From: Callorhinchus milii
Lineage: Eukaryota
Direction: 5' to 3'
Length of the DNA: 64,000 nucleotides
NCBI RefSeq assembly: GCF_018977255.1
Contig: NW_024704742.1
Coordinates: 16,556,001-16,620,000 of the forward strand
Under the pieces are notes generated by a model. That model was not told the origin of the DNA, did no database searches, and saw only the letters and a list, made by a program, of their open reading frames with translations. Shown here one piece after another: positions 38,142 to 51,390 of this stretch. How positions within the stretch are numbered: the first letter of the stretch is position 1; each line of letters opens with the position of its first letter. Both the position numbers and the translations under genes were made by a program.

Positions 38142-38495
38142 AGAATCCTGTAGCTCAGTAGTTAGAGCACTCGCCTTGCAATCAAGGGAGCTGGGCATGA
38201 TTCCCAGGCAGGGCGAAATGTTGGGCAAGTTTCTTTACTCCTCACACCTCTGTTTACCTAGCAGTAAGTAGGAATCTGGTTGTTAGTCGATTGGTGGATC
38301 GCTTTTCCAGGGATAATAATTCCTTTGAAAAAAAATTGGTCACTCATTCCACGACTGTTTGTGGGACTCTGCTGTGCGCAATTGGCTACCGCATTTCGCC
38401 GACCAACTATACAGTCAATTAACGTTACAGTATATTCTGTGAAGCGCTTTGAGACTTCTCAAAACCATATATCAAATGCAAGGATTATTATTATT
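38142..38495 (+). mobile_element. Full-length tRNA-derived SINE (long subfamily)
   Basis: A-box tagctcagtagttagagc, degenerate B box, body, tail atcaaatgcaaggattattatt. Confidence 0.9.
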
Positions 38496-41379
38496 GAGGG
38501 TAACTAAGAAAGTGCAGGAATGGAACGGAGAATTTGCTCAGAGTGTATTGTTTGCTTTCAGTTTAGTTTTTAATGAAAGGGATTTTTCTTTGAGCTCTGA
38601 CTTTCTCCTTCATTTCTGGTCTCCTTGTACCGTGCTTCTTTCTAGTTGAGTGGGAATACTCTGAAAAGGACAATGACTAATTTGTGCAGGAGTGGTTGGG
38701 TGAAGGCTTTTCCTCTGATTTTCTCCAACTCCCCTGCTTGGTGTCTTTGTACAGCTGAGGTCACAAGCTCAATAGAGTCTGGCAAATGATTTTGTGTCTC
38801 ACCATTCTGCGGCACTCCACGTTCATGTTATCGGTTGTCTGGTTTACAGTCATTTCTAATAAAGGTTCTTTAATATTCACTACAGTTAAGTGTGCTTGTA
38901 CTAATTTGCGTTAGTGTGTTTTAAAGGACAATTTCTGGTAAAGTAAAACAATCAGATTTACAATTAATATTATGCAAGAAATCTGCAGTCAGAAGTCACA
39001 GATTTATTTTGCAGTGTACACTGCACCTGTTGAGCAAACTAATTTAAATAGCGAGGTTATGCCTTAGCTGTCTGTTTTCACGCAGTACTCTTGATATTGA
39101 CTTTGATGTTACTGACTTGCTGTGTTAGGGCAGCCCTAACGCGACATTGCCTGACTTCAAGCATGAAATTGAACAGATGATTTTTTAAAATGTTTTCCAA
39201 GTTATTTCCGTCATGTGAAAGAACTTTTGAAAAAATACTTCTTATGAAGTCTAAACTTTTAAGGGCTATAATTTCATTCTGTAATACGCTGAGGATAAAC
39301 CCGAATAAATATAAAAATACAGCTTGCTGATACAATCTTTTCCCTGTGCGTGCTCACAGGTTTGCCGAGCACAATCTGTTATATACTTTTTTTTCATTAA
39401 CTCAAGGTTACTGTAAATGTTTGGGTCACATTTTGGACCCTGATATCTTCTACTTGATGGGAAAAGCTACAATAAGCAGTAAATTGCAAATTCCATAAAG
39501 CAAGTACTGTAATAGACAAATCGTATCCACAGATACTGTGGGAACAAGAAAAAACCCTCACTTTATTAAGGTGAGCTTGTCTTCTTACCAAAAATCCTTG
39601 AGTTGGGAGCAGGGAATGTATATAATAACAAGATTAGTGATAAGAATATTCTTTGCTATGGTTAGCTATATGCTAATTCTCTTCATGTTTATCATTAAAG
39701 GGTTGCATTATTTCTTTACAAATTGTTTGCAACCAGGTTGTATAAATGGAGTCTCTATGGTGAGGCATTTCTACTGTCCTAGTTTACGTATGAATGATGA
39801 TCCTTTTTATGGTAAATAAATGAATCACTGATAGCAATCATTTGAACAACAGCCTTTCATTGTTTAGTGCACAATGAACAGTAAGATTCTGGCCTTGTAG
39901 ACCCCTGGAAACCAATATAGTGTATTGGGTCATGAAAGACATTAGGTATGCACACGACTGATTCTCTTAATTGCACTTTTAAAAGTGGTTATTCTGATCA
40001 AAGCCCCTTTTGTAATTGGTAAGACTCCAATGCAGATTCAGGTCATGATCTATAGGAGGAGAGGATGCAGCATCTTCTCTGGATTAGAATCTTTGAATCA
40101 GTTTCTGAATCAATGAGAACCAGGCTAACTGGACTGTTCTTAACAATTTTCTCCATTTTAGTGAACTGTTTGAAATTGCTAGTCACTGGTTTCCTATAAT
40201 AGTAATAGTTCTGTAGTAAAACAGATTCCTTTGTAAAATGGTTCCACTTTACTTTGTTTTGCTTACTTAAATGAATGTAAGTTTAGTAGATAACTGTTCA
40301 TTTTCAACCAAATTGAGAGATTGAATTGATATTTGTGAGTGTCTTTCAGTGAATTACAATGACTAGACATGGTTTATCTCAACAGTGGGAAACAGCCCTG
40401 AGTGGATAATTAAATTGTTCAGATAATTTATTACCTAGTAGCAGTAATTCAAAAACTATGCTTCACTAAATGATATTGACTTGAAATTGAATCTGATATA
40501 CAGTATGATGAATTGATTAGAGTAACACTATTTTATTGTGTCTCACTATGTTGTGGGTTCAGTCATAATGAGATTGAGTATTGACCTTGATATTTTCTTA
40601 ACATGATAATCAAAATCGCTCCTTCCAAATCCCACCATCACAAAAAAATTCTAACTTTTGACTTGTAAGGTCACTGCTAATGTCCTTTCCAATGCAAGAA
40701 CGTACCACTGACATCACACTATCACTAACATCATATGCTGTGACTGCAGCAATGTGCAGTAAGCGATGTCAGTGGCGACCCAGTGACCTGGAAGTCGACC
40801 ATTTTATTATGCCCCTTTATAATGTGGAGCCTGAGACACTGGAGCCAGGTGATTTCCCAGTTTGTATATAAAGTATCCTGAGACGTTTGATCATTTTATT
40901 TGGATAAATGTCATCAGGTCTAATTTACAGATGAGGTCAGGAGAATTTGATGGTATAGCAACGACAAACTCAAGAGGTTGAAGGGAAACCTAATGGATGA
41001 ATGCTAGATCAGTTCAGATTGTACTTGAGATCACACTGAAAAATCCTGAAAACCACATGCAGCCATATGAAACCAATAACCAGCCCAATGGCACTGAATG
41101 AGATAGTTAATGTTAAAAAAGCAAGTCTAGCCTGTCAGCCTATCCACCTGTTAGCGCATTACACAGGCCATCAGCCAGATAATTCTTGTGTAGAGAAAAC
41201 TCTAATGGATTTTGTATGCCCGTTAAATTGATACAGATGCTTCTATTTTTGTACATCTGAACTAGCAATGTATCGGTGTACGTGAATGAAGTGAAATCGG
41301 ATCTCACAAGGCAATGAATTGTACTCTCGTACACAAGCATGCATAACTCATTTAATTGAAGTGATGAGTGTATGAGAAT

Positions 41380-41626
41380 ATAATAATAATAATAATCCTT
41401 GCATTTGATATAGCGCTTTTCACGTCGGGAGGACGTCCCAAAGCGCTTCACAGAACACACTGTAAAGTGAATTGACTGTATATTTGTGGGCGAACGCGGC
41501 AGCCAATTGCGCACAGCAATGTCCCACAAACAGTCGTAGATTGAAAATGACCAATTTTTTTATTATTGTTTTTGGTTTTGGAGGGATTATTATTAGGCGT
41601 GTGGAGTAAGGAAACTTGCCCAAGGT
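41380..41626 (-). mobile_element. SINE (short subfamily), 5'-truncated, low divergence
   Basis: CpG-intact tail gcgcttttcacgtcgggaggacgtcccaaagcgc; matches 51040-51285. Confidence 0.9.
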
Positions 41627-44044
41627 TATATAATGACAAAACACTGTAAAGGTTATTATTTGTTATGACATACATGATTATTCAATTTCTTTACAACAGT
41701 ATTTTTTAGTGAAACCTTCTCTCCATTTTGGCTAACACCTCATCTTGCTAACTAACTATTATATCCCTGGTCTAATGTCACAGCGCTCTATCAGACCTCT
41801 TCCTGTCAGATAACCTCATCATAACCTGGTCCTTTGTTCTAGTTGTGTATCATATCTCTCCCTGTTAGACAACCTTATTGTATAAAACCTGGTCCTTTGT
41901 CACAGTGCTGTAACAAGCTTTCTCTTGTGTGGCTTAGAACAATAGAGGAAAACCAGGCACATATTGTGATAACAGTAAATTCCAGTCAACTGTGGTGATG
42001 TGAGTGCTGTACGCTCTGGTACTAAAATATGAACGAGAAAGCCTCTCAAATTATTTTGAACAAAATGATAATAATATTGAAACAATAATAACTGTTAATG
42101 TGTTAAAAGGCTGTGGAACACGTATGGAAAGTGTAAGCCAATGCATTTTCAATTGCTTCCTGACAAACCTTTATGCATGTTGACTGTTTTACCAACCCTA
42201 TATTTGTTGTGTATTTTAATATTGCAGTTATAATATTTGTATTCTGTTATTACTTACCTCAAGGCAAAGAGCTGCTTGCAATGCTAGATCTTTATTTTGT
42301 ATAGAAAATGCATACAATGATGTGCCTTTCTATTGTAATACAGTATTCAAAAGCTAGTTTATGAGCAAATCTGCAGCCGTATACTTTGGTCCAAGTACAA
42401 ATGCTGCAAACAGTAGATTGAGGGTGTCCACATTTTAGTGTGGAAACTGTCAGAAAAATAAATGACATTGTAATCAGCACTTGTATTTATAGGAGTGTAT
42501 CACAAAGTGAAATGTAAGCCTTCATTGAATGAAGTGTTCAATGGGGTTAATTGGGAATTAGCCCAGCTTCACGGACATCATAGTGAAAATAACATTGATA
42601 GGTCAGCCCCTTAGACAACTGGTTTCACTTAATGGGGTAAATATTGAATGTGCTGCTAAGACTAACCCCATTGTATATTAATTCAGTATCAAACTGTGGT
42701 TCATAAAATTAAGTATTTATGTTGTGCTATTATCATCTCCAAAAACTAACCTTTGGGTTTCCATTAGCCTAAATTGTTTTGCCTAATTCCCCCCAAATAT
42801 GTTTTTCCATGTGGAGACCGACCGTCTATGAAGAAACATCGGAGCTTCCAGATCAGTTTCAGTGCATGGATGTGACACACGTCTGGTTACAAGAGTTGCT
42901 CTTTGCTGTTAACTGGCTATTATAAACATCATGTTTTCACCTCCTATAATGGTCAGTACAGTCAGGAGGCATATCTTCCACAGCCATCGCTTTGTGCTAT
43001 TTCAGCATCTTAATTCATTCACTCATTCAACTTGACAGTTTTTAAAGGAGAAAATGAAGGTTAATGTGGGAATACTTTGCAGTTAAAATACATTTTTTGA
43101 TACGACTGAGAAGCACATGAGAATTCATATCAAGTGCAGTTCTTATGAGGTGTCTGGAATAGAATATCTAGAATGTTTATGGAGAAATAGGATCTATAGA
43201 AGATACCAGGGGAAGGTTCGGTAAGACAACACTACTTAAATGTGGTAATTTGATGACTGTCACATATTGCCATAGCAATCATGTGAAAATGCAGCAGTGG
43301 AAACATTTAACAACTGAAATTAGTTAAAATTTATCATCCAAAAGTTTCCTCTTGCCCTCTGATTTTATGAATTCAGTGTATCTGTGACAAAATCCTAACT
43401 TGCTCTGTAAATTTGTTTGCACCCAGTGTCTTGCCTTGGGAAAGTGGCACAGAGACCTAGTTAATAATTGTGCTTTTTTGCCTTTGTGCTGCTTCCAGTA
43501 CTGTACTGTATATGCAGTGATAAACTAAGCATAAAAGCTGTTAGAGTCAGGAAAGAGCAATCAGAAGCTGAAGGAAATAAATCAGGAAACTGGCAGTTGT
43601 ACCCTGTCAACATTTGGTACAGTTAAAGTTTCTGTCATGCTGCCATAATAACAAAATAATTCAGTTTGCAAACAAGCTGTGCATCATTCCAGGGATGGGG
43701 ATGGCATAATATGATCCTTTGTCTGTGCTTAATCAATAATTTAAAAATGTAACCTACCTATCCCCTTGCTTGGATGATGGGAACCTTTTGAAATGAGTGT
43801 AAAGGCGAATGCACATAGTATTTCCACCAACTCTGAATTGTTAGAGAAAATGCTAAATCCTTGTCATCTGTCTAATACTCTCAGCATACAAATAGACAAA
43901 ATGGAAGATGCTGTTTTTTTTATTCATACAATTCCCTAGGTGTGAAGGGTCAGATTTTTTTTTTGTGCTCTTTAAATATAAGCTAAATGAAGTTATTTTG
44001 ATCCAAACATTCTTTCCAGACATGGTTGTCACATTATCTAGTCC

Positions 44045-44250
44045 ATCGTGCATTGCCTGAAAGGGTGTTGGAAGCCGACTCGATAACAGGTTTGAAGAGA
44101 GAAGTAGATAATTATTTGGGGAGGACATGTTTGCAGGACCGTGGGGAGAGAGCGGGGTGTGCGATTGAATTGGATAGCTCTTTTCAAAGAGCCAACATAG
44201 ATGGGCCAAAAGGCCTCCTTCTGTGCTGTATAATTCTATGATTCTATGAT
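44045..44250 (+). mobile_element. CR1 3' end
   Basis: gcattgcctgaaagggtg...ggcctccttctgtgctgtataattctatgattctatga; reverse complement of 3148-3355. Confidence 0.85.
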
Positions 44251-44509
44251 CTTTTGGACTAGGTAATGTGGGGATCTGGTCTGTGCTGTTTTGCCAGTTA
44301 ATAGGACCAGCATTTGAGTTCAGTAAAGCAATACTTAGAACAGTCTTTCGTCCCAATTAGAAATCTGACATTACACTGTAGGCTTTGAAAGCAATGTCTC
44401 AATTTAGTTGGCATAAATTTTCGTTATGAATGATTCAACCAAAAGAAATAATGTTTATTGTGGCACAACAGAGGCTTCATTAGGCCACATTTTAAAATTA
44501 GGCTCCCCA

Positions 44510-44918
44510 CCCCTCACTTTCAAAGCCATCCATGGCCTTGCCCCCTCCTACCTCTCTGACCTCCTGACTCCCTACCATCCTGCCCACTCTGTCCGCTCAG
44601 CGGACTCTCGTCTGCTCCATGTTTCCCACCCGACCAGCCCTACCATCGGTGGCTGGGCTTTCAGCCTCTCTGCCCCCACACTTTGGAACTCCATCCCATG
44701 GTCCATTCACCTCACTTCTTCCCTTGCATCCTTCAAGATTGGTCTCAAGACCCTTCTCTTCAATCGTACCTTTAATCTTCCTCCCACCTCTATGCCTTCC
44801 CACACCCCTGCCCCACCCCTCCCCTATGCTCGGGTCCCAACCCCTGACTGTTCAGCGCTTTGGGACGTCCTCCTGACATGAAAGGCACTCTGTAAATGTA
44901 AATTTGTAGTTGTTGTTC
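44510..44918 (+). mobile_element. L2 3' end
   Basis: LTFKAIHGLAPSYLSDLL...AFS..APTLWNS.P...FK..LKT.LF, then 3' UTR and tail. Confidence 0.9.
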
Positions 44919-45566
44919 ATTTGAATATTGTCAGCCGTATTGTAGTTGTTACTTTTTTTCTAAGAGAAAACATTTTTGCAGGCTGTAAATATATGCATAT
45001 ATGTTCATGCATATAACAACAGCAGCAGCAGCAGCATATAACAACAGCAATTTACAGAGTATTTGGTTGTTCTGAAGATTGAAACAAAACAAGGTTAAAA
45101 TTATATGATCACAAGATTGCTTCAGATGAAGGTCCTTCATTAGGCTTCATTTTAAAATTATCTCATCCCTCCAAAATACCCACCCAACTGTCATCCCATT
45201 ATAGTATCGAGCTCCTTCATAAATGAGTCCAGTTGCCTCAACCAGCCTATTGCAGACATTCAATGCACACCAGTCATTCAATACACACAGGGTAAAGAAA
45301 TAGTTTCAGGTGTCTGTCTTGAAGTGGCTCTTTGCCCTATCCACATCCTGAGAGGATGGGAGGAAGGATCATATAATATAACCGCACAGAAACAGAAGAG
45401 CAGAATCGTAGAATTTCACGGAAACAAGGCCTTCAATTCTATGCTGGTGGTTGTCTCCAAATAAGCTATTCTATTCCCTCCAACTTGTTCCCAACACCCT
45501 TTAATATTCCTACTCCTCAAAGCATTTGTCTATTTCCCTTTTATGAACTCCTGCATTCAAGAATTC

Positions 45567-45933
45567 GGAGTCCTATAGCTCAGTGATTAGAGCACTCGCC
45601 TCACAAGCGAGAGACCTGAGTTCGATTCCTGGCAAGGCAAAATGTTGGGCAAGTTTTCTTACTCCACACACCTCGGTTTACCTAGCAGTAAGTAGGAATC
45701 TGGTTGTTAATAGCGGATCGCTTTTCCAGGGGTAATAATTCCTTCAAAAAAAAAAAATTGATGTTAATAATAATAACAATTCAGACTGTTTGTGGGACAC
45801 TGCTGTGCGCAATTGGATGCTGCGTTTCGCCCACAAAATATACAGTCAATTCACGGTATAGTATATTCTGTGAAGCACTTTGAGATATCTCAAAGACGTG
45901 ATAAGGCGCTATATGCAATGCAAAGATTATTAT
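45567..45933 (+). mobile_element. Full-length tRNA(Val/Ala-like)-derived SINE (long subfamily)
   Basis: ggagtcctatagctcagtgattagagcactcgcctcacaagcgagagacctgagttcgattcc with Pol III A and B boxes and an anticodon-like arm; L2-type tail. Confidence 0.9.
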
Positions 45934-46827
45934 ACATAAATAAATTAAAAAAGGCTACATTTAAATTTTAGAAATAGGTAAGCGTTTGGGTTTCTACCTG
46001 GATCCATATAAAATCTGGTGTTAAGATGAAAGGGTTAATATCTGTTCTGTTAGTTAAACTCAGTACAGTGCAGTCTTTCTTTGTCCTTATAAACATTCAT
46101 CTTTGGTTGCAGTGTTTTATCTGATAGCCCCCAGTTATGTGGCAACGTACATCTAAATCTTGCAGAGATGGAATACAGTGCCATCTGTGAACATTCCGAT
46201 GTGGCATGTACTAGTGGCAATGTGCTTGTCATCCATGAAAAAATAAAATGAGTTCTCTAATATCACTGACTGGCAAATTAGTAGCCAGTGGTTGCTAGTG
46301 CTGTAGCAGTATTTACACACACAAGATGTTCACTTACATGCTGCCCTGCATTTTTGAACACTGTTGCAAAACTGATTTACTTTTAAAATTATTTTTGTGG
46401 CAATTAAATGAAAAGTTCAAATTTTGTTAACATTTTAGCATCTGTTCATACTTAGAAAAATAAGGTAACATTACAATGTGTTTAGGAATATAGTGAAGCA
46501 TATTGATCATTCCTACCTTCTTGACCAATTTCACATGGTCTTTGCGAACAGAGAATCATTAAACAGACATTAATTCCTTAAATTCATTGTTTACTTTGTA
46601 AATTATTTCATTCGTTTTAAATTCTTGACAGATGTCCTGTCAATTAGATGTGTTTGACTTGCAGCTCAAAGTGGAGTGAAATACAATTTGACCTTCACAC
46701 TGATTTAATTCAGAGCTGTTTGCTCTCTTGCTAGATGGACAGCCAACACCAGACACTTTTCTTGAGCAATATAGAAATTGATGTGTGTGGGTGCACACAA
46801 AGTGTGTGAGTGCATTGCCACCATCCT

Positions 46828-47700
46828 ACAACAACAAATTATACTTGTATAGTGCTCTTCACGTCAGAAAGATGTCCCAGGGGCCTTGACAATCAGGGGT
46901 TTTGGACCTGAGCTGGGAGTTGGGGTCAGAAGGGTAAGGGGTCAGGTGGTGGGAGGGTGGCCGAAGGCACAGTCGGAAAGGAAGGTCTTCAGACGGGGCT
47001 TGAAAGAGGCAAGAGAGGGTGTGAGGTGGAGGGATTGTGGGATAGACTTCCAAAGTGTGGGGGTAAAGATGCTGAATGTCTGAATTGTGGGGCAGGAAGT
47101 GCGGGGTCCTGGAGCAGGCTGTTGTCTGCCAAACAGAGGGAGCGAACAGGCTGATATGGGTTTATGAGGATGGAATGGCAGGAGTAGCAAGATAGTGGAG
47201 GGCCTTAAAGGTAAGAATGAGGGTTTTGTACTTGATTCTCTGAAGAAGGGGGAGCCAGTGAAACTGGGCATGAGCGGGTGTGATAGGTTCCCGGAACCTG
47301 GTGCAGGAACTGCAGAGTTCTGAATAATCTGCAGTTTTTGGAGGGAAGAGTTGTCAAGTGAGCAGGCAGTTGGCATAGTCAATCCGGGACGCAATGAAAG
47401 CGCGGATCAGGGTCTTGGTGGCCTGCGGTGAAAGGCAGTGACAGAGGTGGGCAATGTTGGGGAGGTGTGGAAAGATGGAACCAGTCACGGCACGAATGTG
47501 GAGTTTGAAGGATAACTGAGAGTCGAAAAGGACACTGAGGTTTCGGATTGGCTCGGTGAGGTGAAGAGTGCAGCCATAAATGGTGATAGAGTCAGCAGCT
47601 GAGGTGAAGAGGCGCTGTTGGGAGCCAAGCAGGAGGGCCTCTGTCTTCCCACATTGAGCTGGAAGGACTTGATGTCATACCGACAATTAGCTGGTGCATC
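46828..47700 (-). mobile_element. L2 3' portion
   Basis: (CAA)n tail at about 46828; ORF remnants LQKLQIIQNSA and PTLWKSIP..FK.RLKTFL. Confidence 0.85.
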
Positions 47701-49764
47701 GGAACATATACAAGACAAATATGAGAATACAATTCTTTACATGTCATAATAATATATAATAATAATGTGCTGCTTCAGGTCCTTTTTTACTTCACAACAT
47801 ACCAGTCACATTGAAGTTCAACAGGTCCAAGGTATTGGAAACCAATCCAAGAACTTTACCATCATTGGGCTGTACAAGTTGCATAATTGGCAAGTAGATG
47901 CATGACTAATTGTCCGCCAATAAAATTAGGTATTCACTTCATGGCTCTTTGTGGTTCTTTGCTGTGGTTGCAAATTGGCTGCCGCAATATCGTACAAACA
48001 CACCGATCCTTCACTTTAGAGTAAAAACAAATCTTGTGAAATGCTTTGAGACATTTTGACAATGTGTTAAGGTGCTGTATCAGATGCAAGGATTATTATT
48101 ATGGTTATTGAGGAGATCCACTGCCCCATCTCTCTCTCTTTCTCTTTGCAAGTAACTGATCATTGTTCTTTGTACACTTCCAAACAATTCTGATCACAAT
48201 CACAGTAAAACCCCAAACTAAAAAGAGACAAGTTGATTCTCTTCACGTTTGTCTTGCACCCTAGCTGAAGGAATTTATGTTATTTCCTAGACCTGTATAC
48301 AGCAAATTGTTATTGCGTAAGCAAAAAGAAAATTTTTCCTTTGCACTCCTTAATTTGAAAATGATATGCCATGCTGGTTATTCTAGGTGGCAATAGAATG
48401 AATGCAAATTGCAACAAGGGTATGGAGCACTCAATTCTTTGACTGTAAATTAACAGCCATGGAAATTTTTATTAGGTGAGGCTGGATATGAATGAAGTAG
48501 CCAAGTGAAGGCAAACTGAGTAGAGAAACATTAGTCCACATATGGAGACTTTGAAATGTCATGTTAATTTAATAAAGCATGTAAAAAAAAGTCTTGTTTA
48601 ATACCTGCTTGGTAGATACTGCATTTCAGAAGTTGTATTAATTAAATCGGAAATAGAAATGATTGATTCCGTTATTTTGATTAGCTTTTACTCTTAAGTG
48701 ACAAATTTCTAATTGAAAAGAGGCTCTTCTGCTGCTTTTGCTCAGTGTAGTGAATGAGTTGATGAGGGCTCCTGATCAGTCTGGGTTGTTCAGTAAGTTT
48801 TAGTGAACTTACCACTGCACTGAAAAATAAATGCAATTTTATATGGAAATAATTTGACTTTTATGTTTCAAATTTTATGCATATAAAATACAGGTAGTAT
48901 GAATATTTGTTGTTGTTATCCATTGTTTAGAATTATTTTGCCTTTATTTAAAAGCACTCGACTATAATTTCACCAAACTTTGACAAAAAGGAAAACTGAC
49001 ATCAATAAATAGTGAATAGAAGAGAACAATAATCCCTTATTTTCAATGTAAAAACGATTTCATGTTTTGAAACAATACTACTTTTCTATTATTCCAAGAC
49101 ACCATCCTGCGTGAACATTATAAATGTAAGTTGTTAGTGTTATTTAAAGTCGAAAATGTGCTTTCATCTCCCACTTCCATAGATAGCAATTTCTGCTTCT
49201 GTTGTTCACAATCTCGCTCCTCTAGTTTCCGATCTTCCTTTTTCCATTCTAAATTGACTTCAGCTGGCTACGAAAAATGTCTTAAATCAGTTGATACTGT
49301 GTTCTTTTAAAGTCAAATGGAGTGACTGTGGTGTATGAATGTGAATGTTTATTGCACCATGAGTGTTCACAGCAATGTTTTTATATTATTTTGTGATTCA
49401 TGGAGAGCAGCTGGTGCTGTCAAAAATGTCACAGCAAAAGCACCAGAATTATTACATGCACAATTCTGCTTCTGTTAAAAATGACGCACATATTTGTAAT
49501 TAATTACCTAATGTGTGATAGAAACTGAATACCTGATGAGGAGATGTAATCTTGGGGTGTAAAATATGATGTTGCCAAAGAGATTGGATAATTATCAGAT
49601 GAGTTATTGAATCAGTTAATAAATATCAACAAGTTCTGTCCATTCCTGAAGACTGGCCATGGTTATAAATCATTCCCTTCCCCCCTGTCCCAATACTTTA
49701 GCAAAACGCATAGTCCCAAAGCCGGTTCCAAGAGTTTCACATGAGTGATTATTATTAGATTGAT

Positions 49765-50690
49765 AAATACTTGCATTTATATAATGCCCATCACGTGGGG
49801 CAGCATCTCAGGGCAATTAACAGATATGGAACTTGATACCAAGCAATGACCATAAGCATGGTCGAAGAGGAAGGTCTTCAGATGTGATCTGAAGACAGGC
49901 AAGGAGGAGACAAAGCGGAGGGATTGAGGAACAGAGTTTATAGTTTTAGGGTGTTCTGGCTAAAAGCATAGCTGCCAATGGTGGAACAGAGGGGACGAGG
50001 GACATACAGGAGGCTGAAATCAGCTGAAAGACGGTGGCGGATAGTGGAGTGGGGTGTAATCAGGTCTGAGAGGTCGGAAGTGCCAGGGCATGAAATGTTT
50101 TGTGTGAGGATCTTGAAATTGATCCATTCTGGGATGATGGGGCTTTGGAATTTGGTGTGGGTGAGTAGATGGGTGGCGGAGTTTTGAAGTAATTGGATTT
50201 TATGAATGGTAGAGCTATGGGTAGATAAGAATTTTGGCTATGTTGGTTGTGAGGTATGGTCGGAGGCGGTCGATATGAAGGAGGTGGAGGAAAGTGATCC
50301 TGGTCAAGGAGTGGATGTGGGGTAAGAAGAAGACCAGCGGATCAAACCTGATGTCTTGGTTACACGTAGATTCAGTGAGTTTGAGGGATAGACCGGGGAG
50401 GCTATGGAGGTTGGAGCTGCAGGTGAGAAGATGTTGATGGGATTGATCGAGTATGGCTTCCGTCTTGTCACCACCCTTCAGCTGCAGAAAGTTGGTGCTC
50501 CTCCATGCCTTGATGTCTGATAAGCAAGCTGGCAGAACATCAGCAGATCTGGAGAAGGAGAAGTAGATTTGGTTGTCATCCACATTTATGTAGAAGTTTA
50601 CCCCATGTCTTCAAATGACATGTAAATGATGAAAAGAATGGGTCCAACAATTAGACTTTGGGGAAAGCTGCATATTTGTAGTCCAATTAC
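49765..50690 (-). mobile_element. Old L2 RT/3' portion
   Basis: PQSLIVGPILFIIYM, DDNQIYFS, CLSDIKAW..NFLQL..DKTEAI motifs. Confidence 0.8.
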
Positions 50691-51004
50691 TCCGTAGTCT
50701 AATTTTTGAGACAGGCAGGTCCGCAGAACTCCAGGACACTGCTGATGGCACCACAGCCATCTTGGTTCACATGGTAAGACTTGGAAGTGCAGACCAGTCA
50801 CTGAGGGCAGGGATTATTCTCACTCAGCTCCTGTTAACCTTGCAAGCCAAAGCACTAATTGGTATAGTGGTTGTAGCTATGCCTGGCTTGCCAAGCAGTG
50901 CTCTCAAAAGCAAACTATGAGGTTTTAGCTGGTTATACTCCAGCAGCATACCAGTGCAAACCCTAATCGAAGCCTTGGCATTTGCCTAATATTCTAGATT
51001 TCAG

Positions 51005-51390
51005 TAAGCGAAACACCTGGGTTCAATTCCAGGCAGGGCAAAACCTTGGGCAAGTTTCCTTACTCCACACACCTAACAATAATCCCTCCAAAACAAAAAA
51101 AAAACAATAAATTGGTCATTTTCAATCCACGACTGTTTTTGTGGGACACTGTTGTGCGCAATTAGCTGCCGCGTTCACCCACAAATATACAGTCAATTCA
51201 CTTTATAGTGTGTTCTGTGAAGTGCTTTGGGACGTCCTCCTGACGTGAAAAGCGCTATATCAAATGCAAGGATTATTATTATTATACAGTCAATTCACTT
51301 TGCAGTCTATTCTGTGAAGCGCTTTGAGTAGTCAAAAAGACGTGAAAAGGGCTATATCAAATGCAAGGATTATTATTATTATTATTATTA
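51005..51390 (+). mobile_element. SINE (short subfamily) followed by a second tandem tail (51283-51390)
   Basis: B box gggttcaattcc; the tail atacagtcaattcacttt...atatcaaatgcaaggattatt occurs twice in tandem. Confidence 0.85.
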
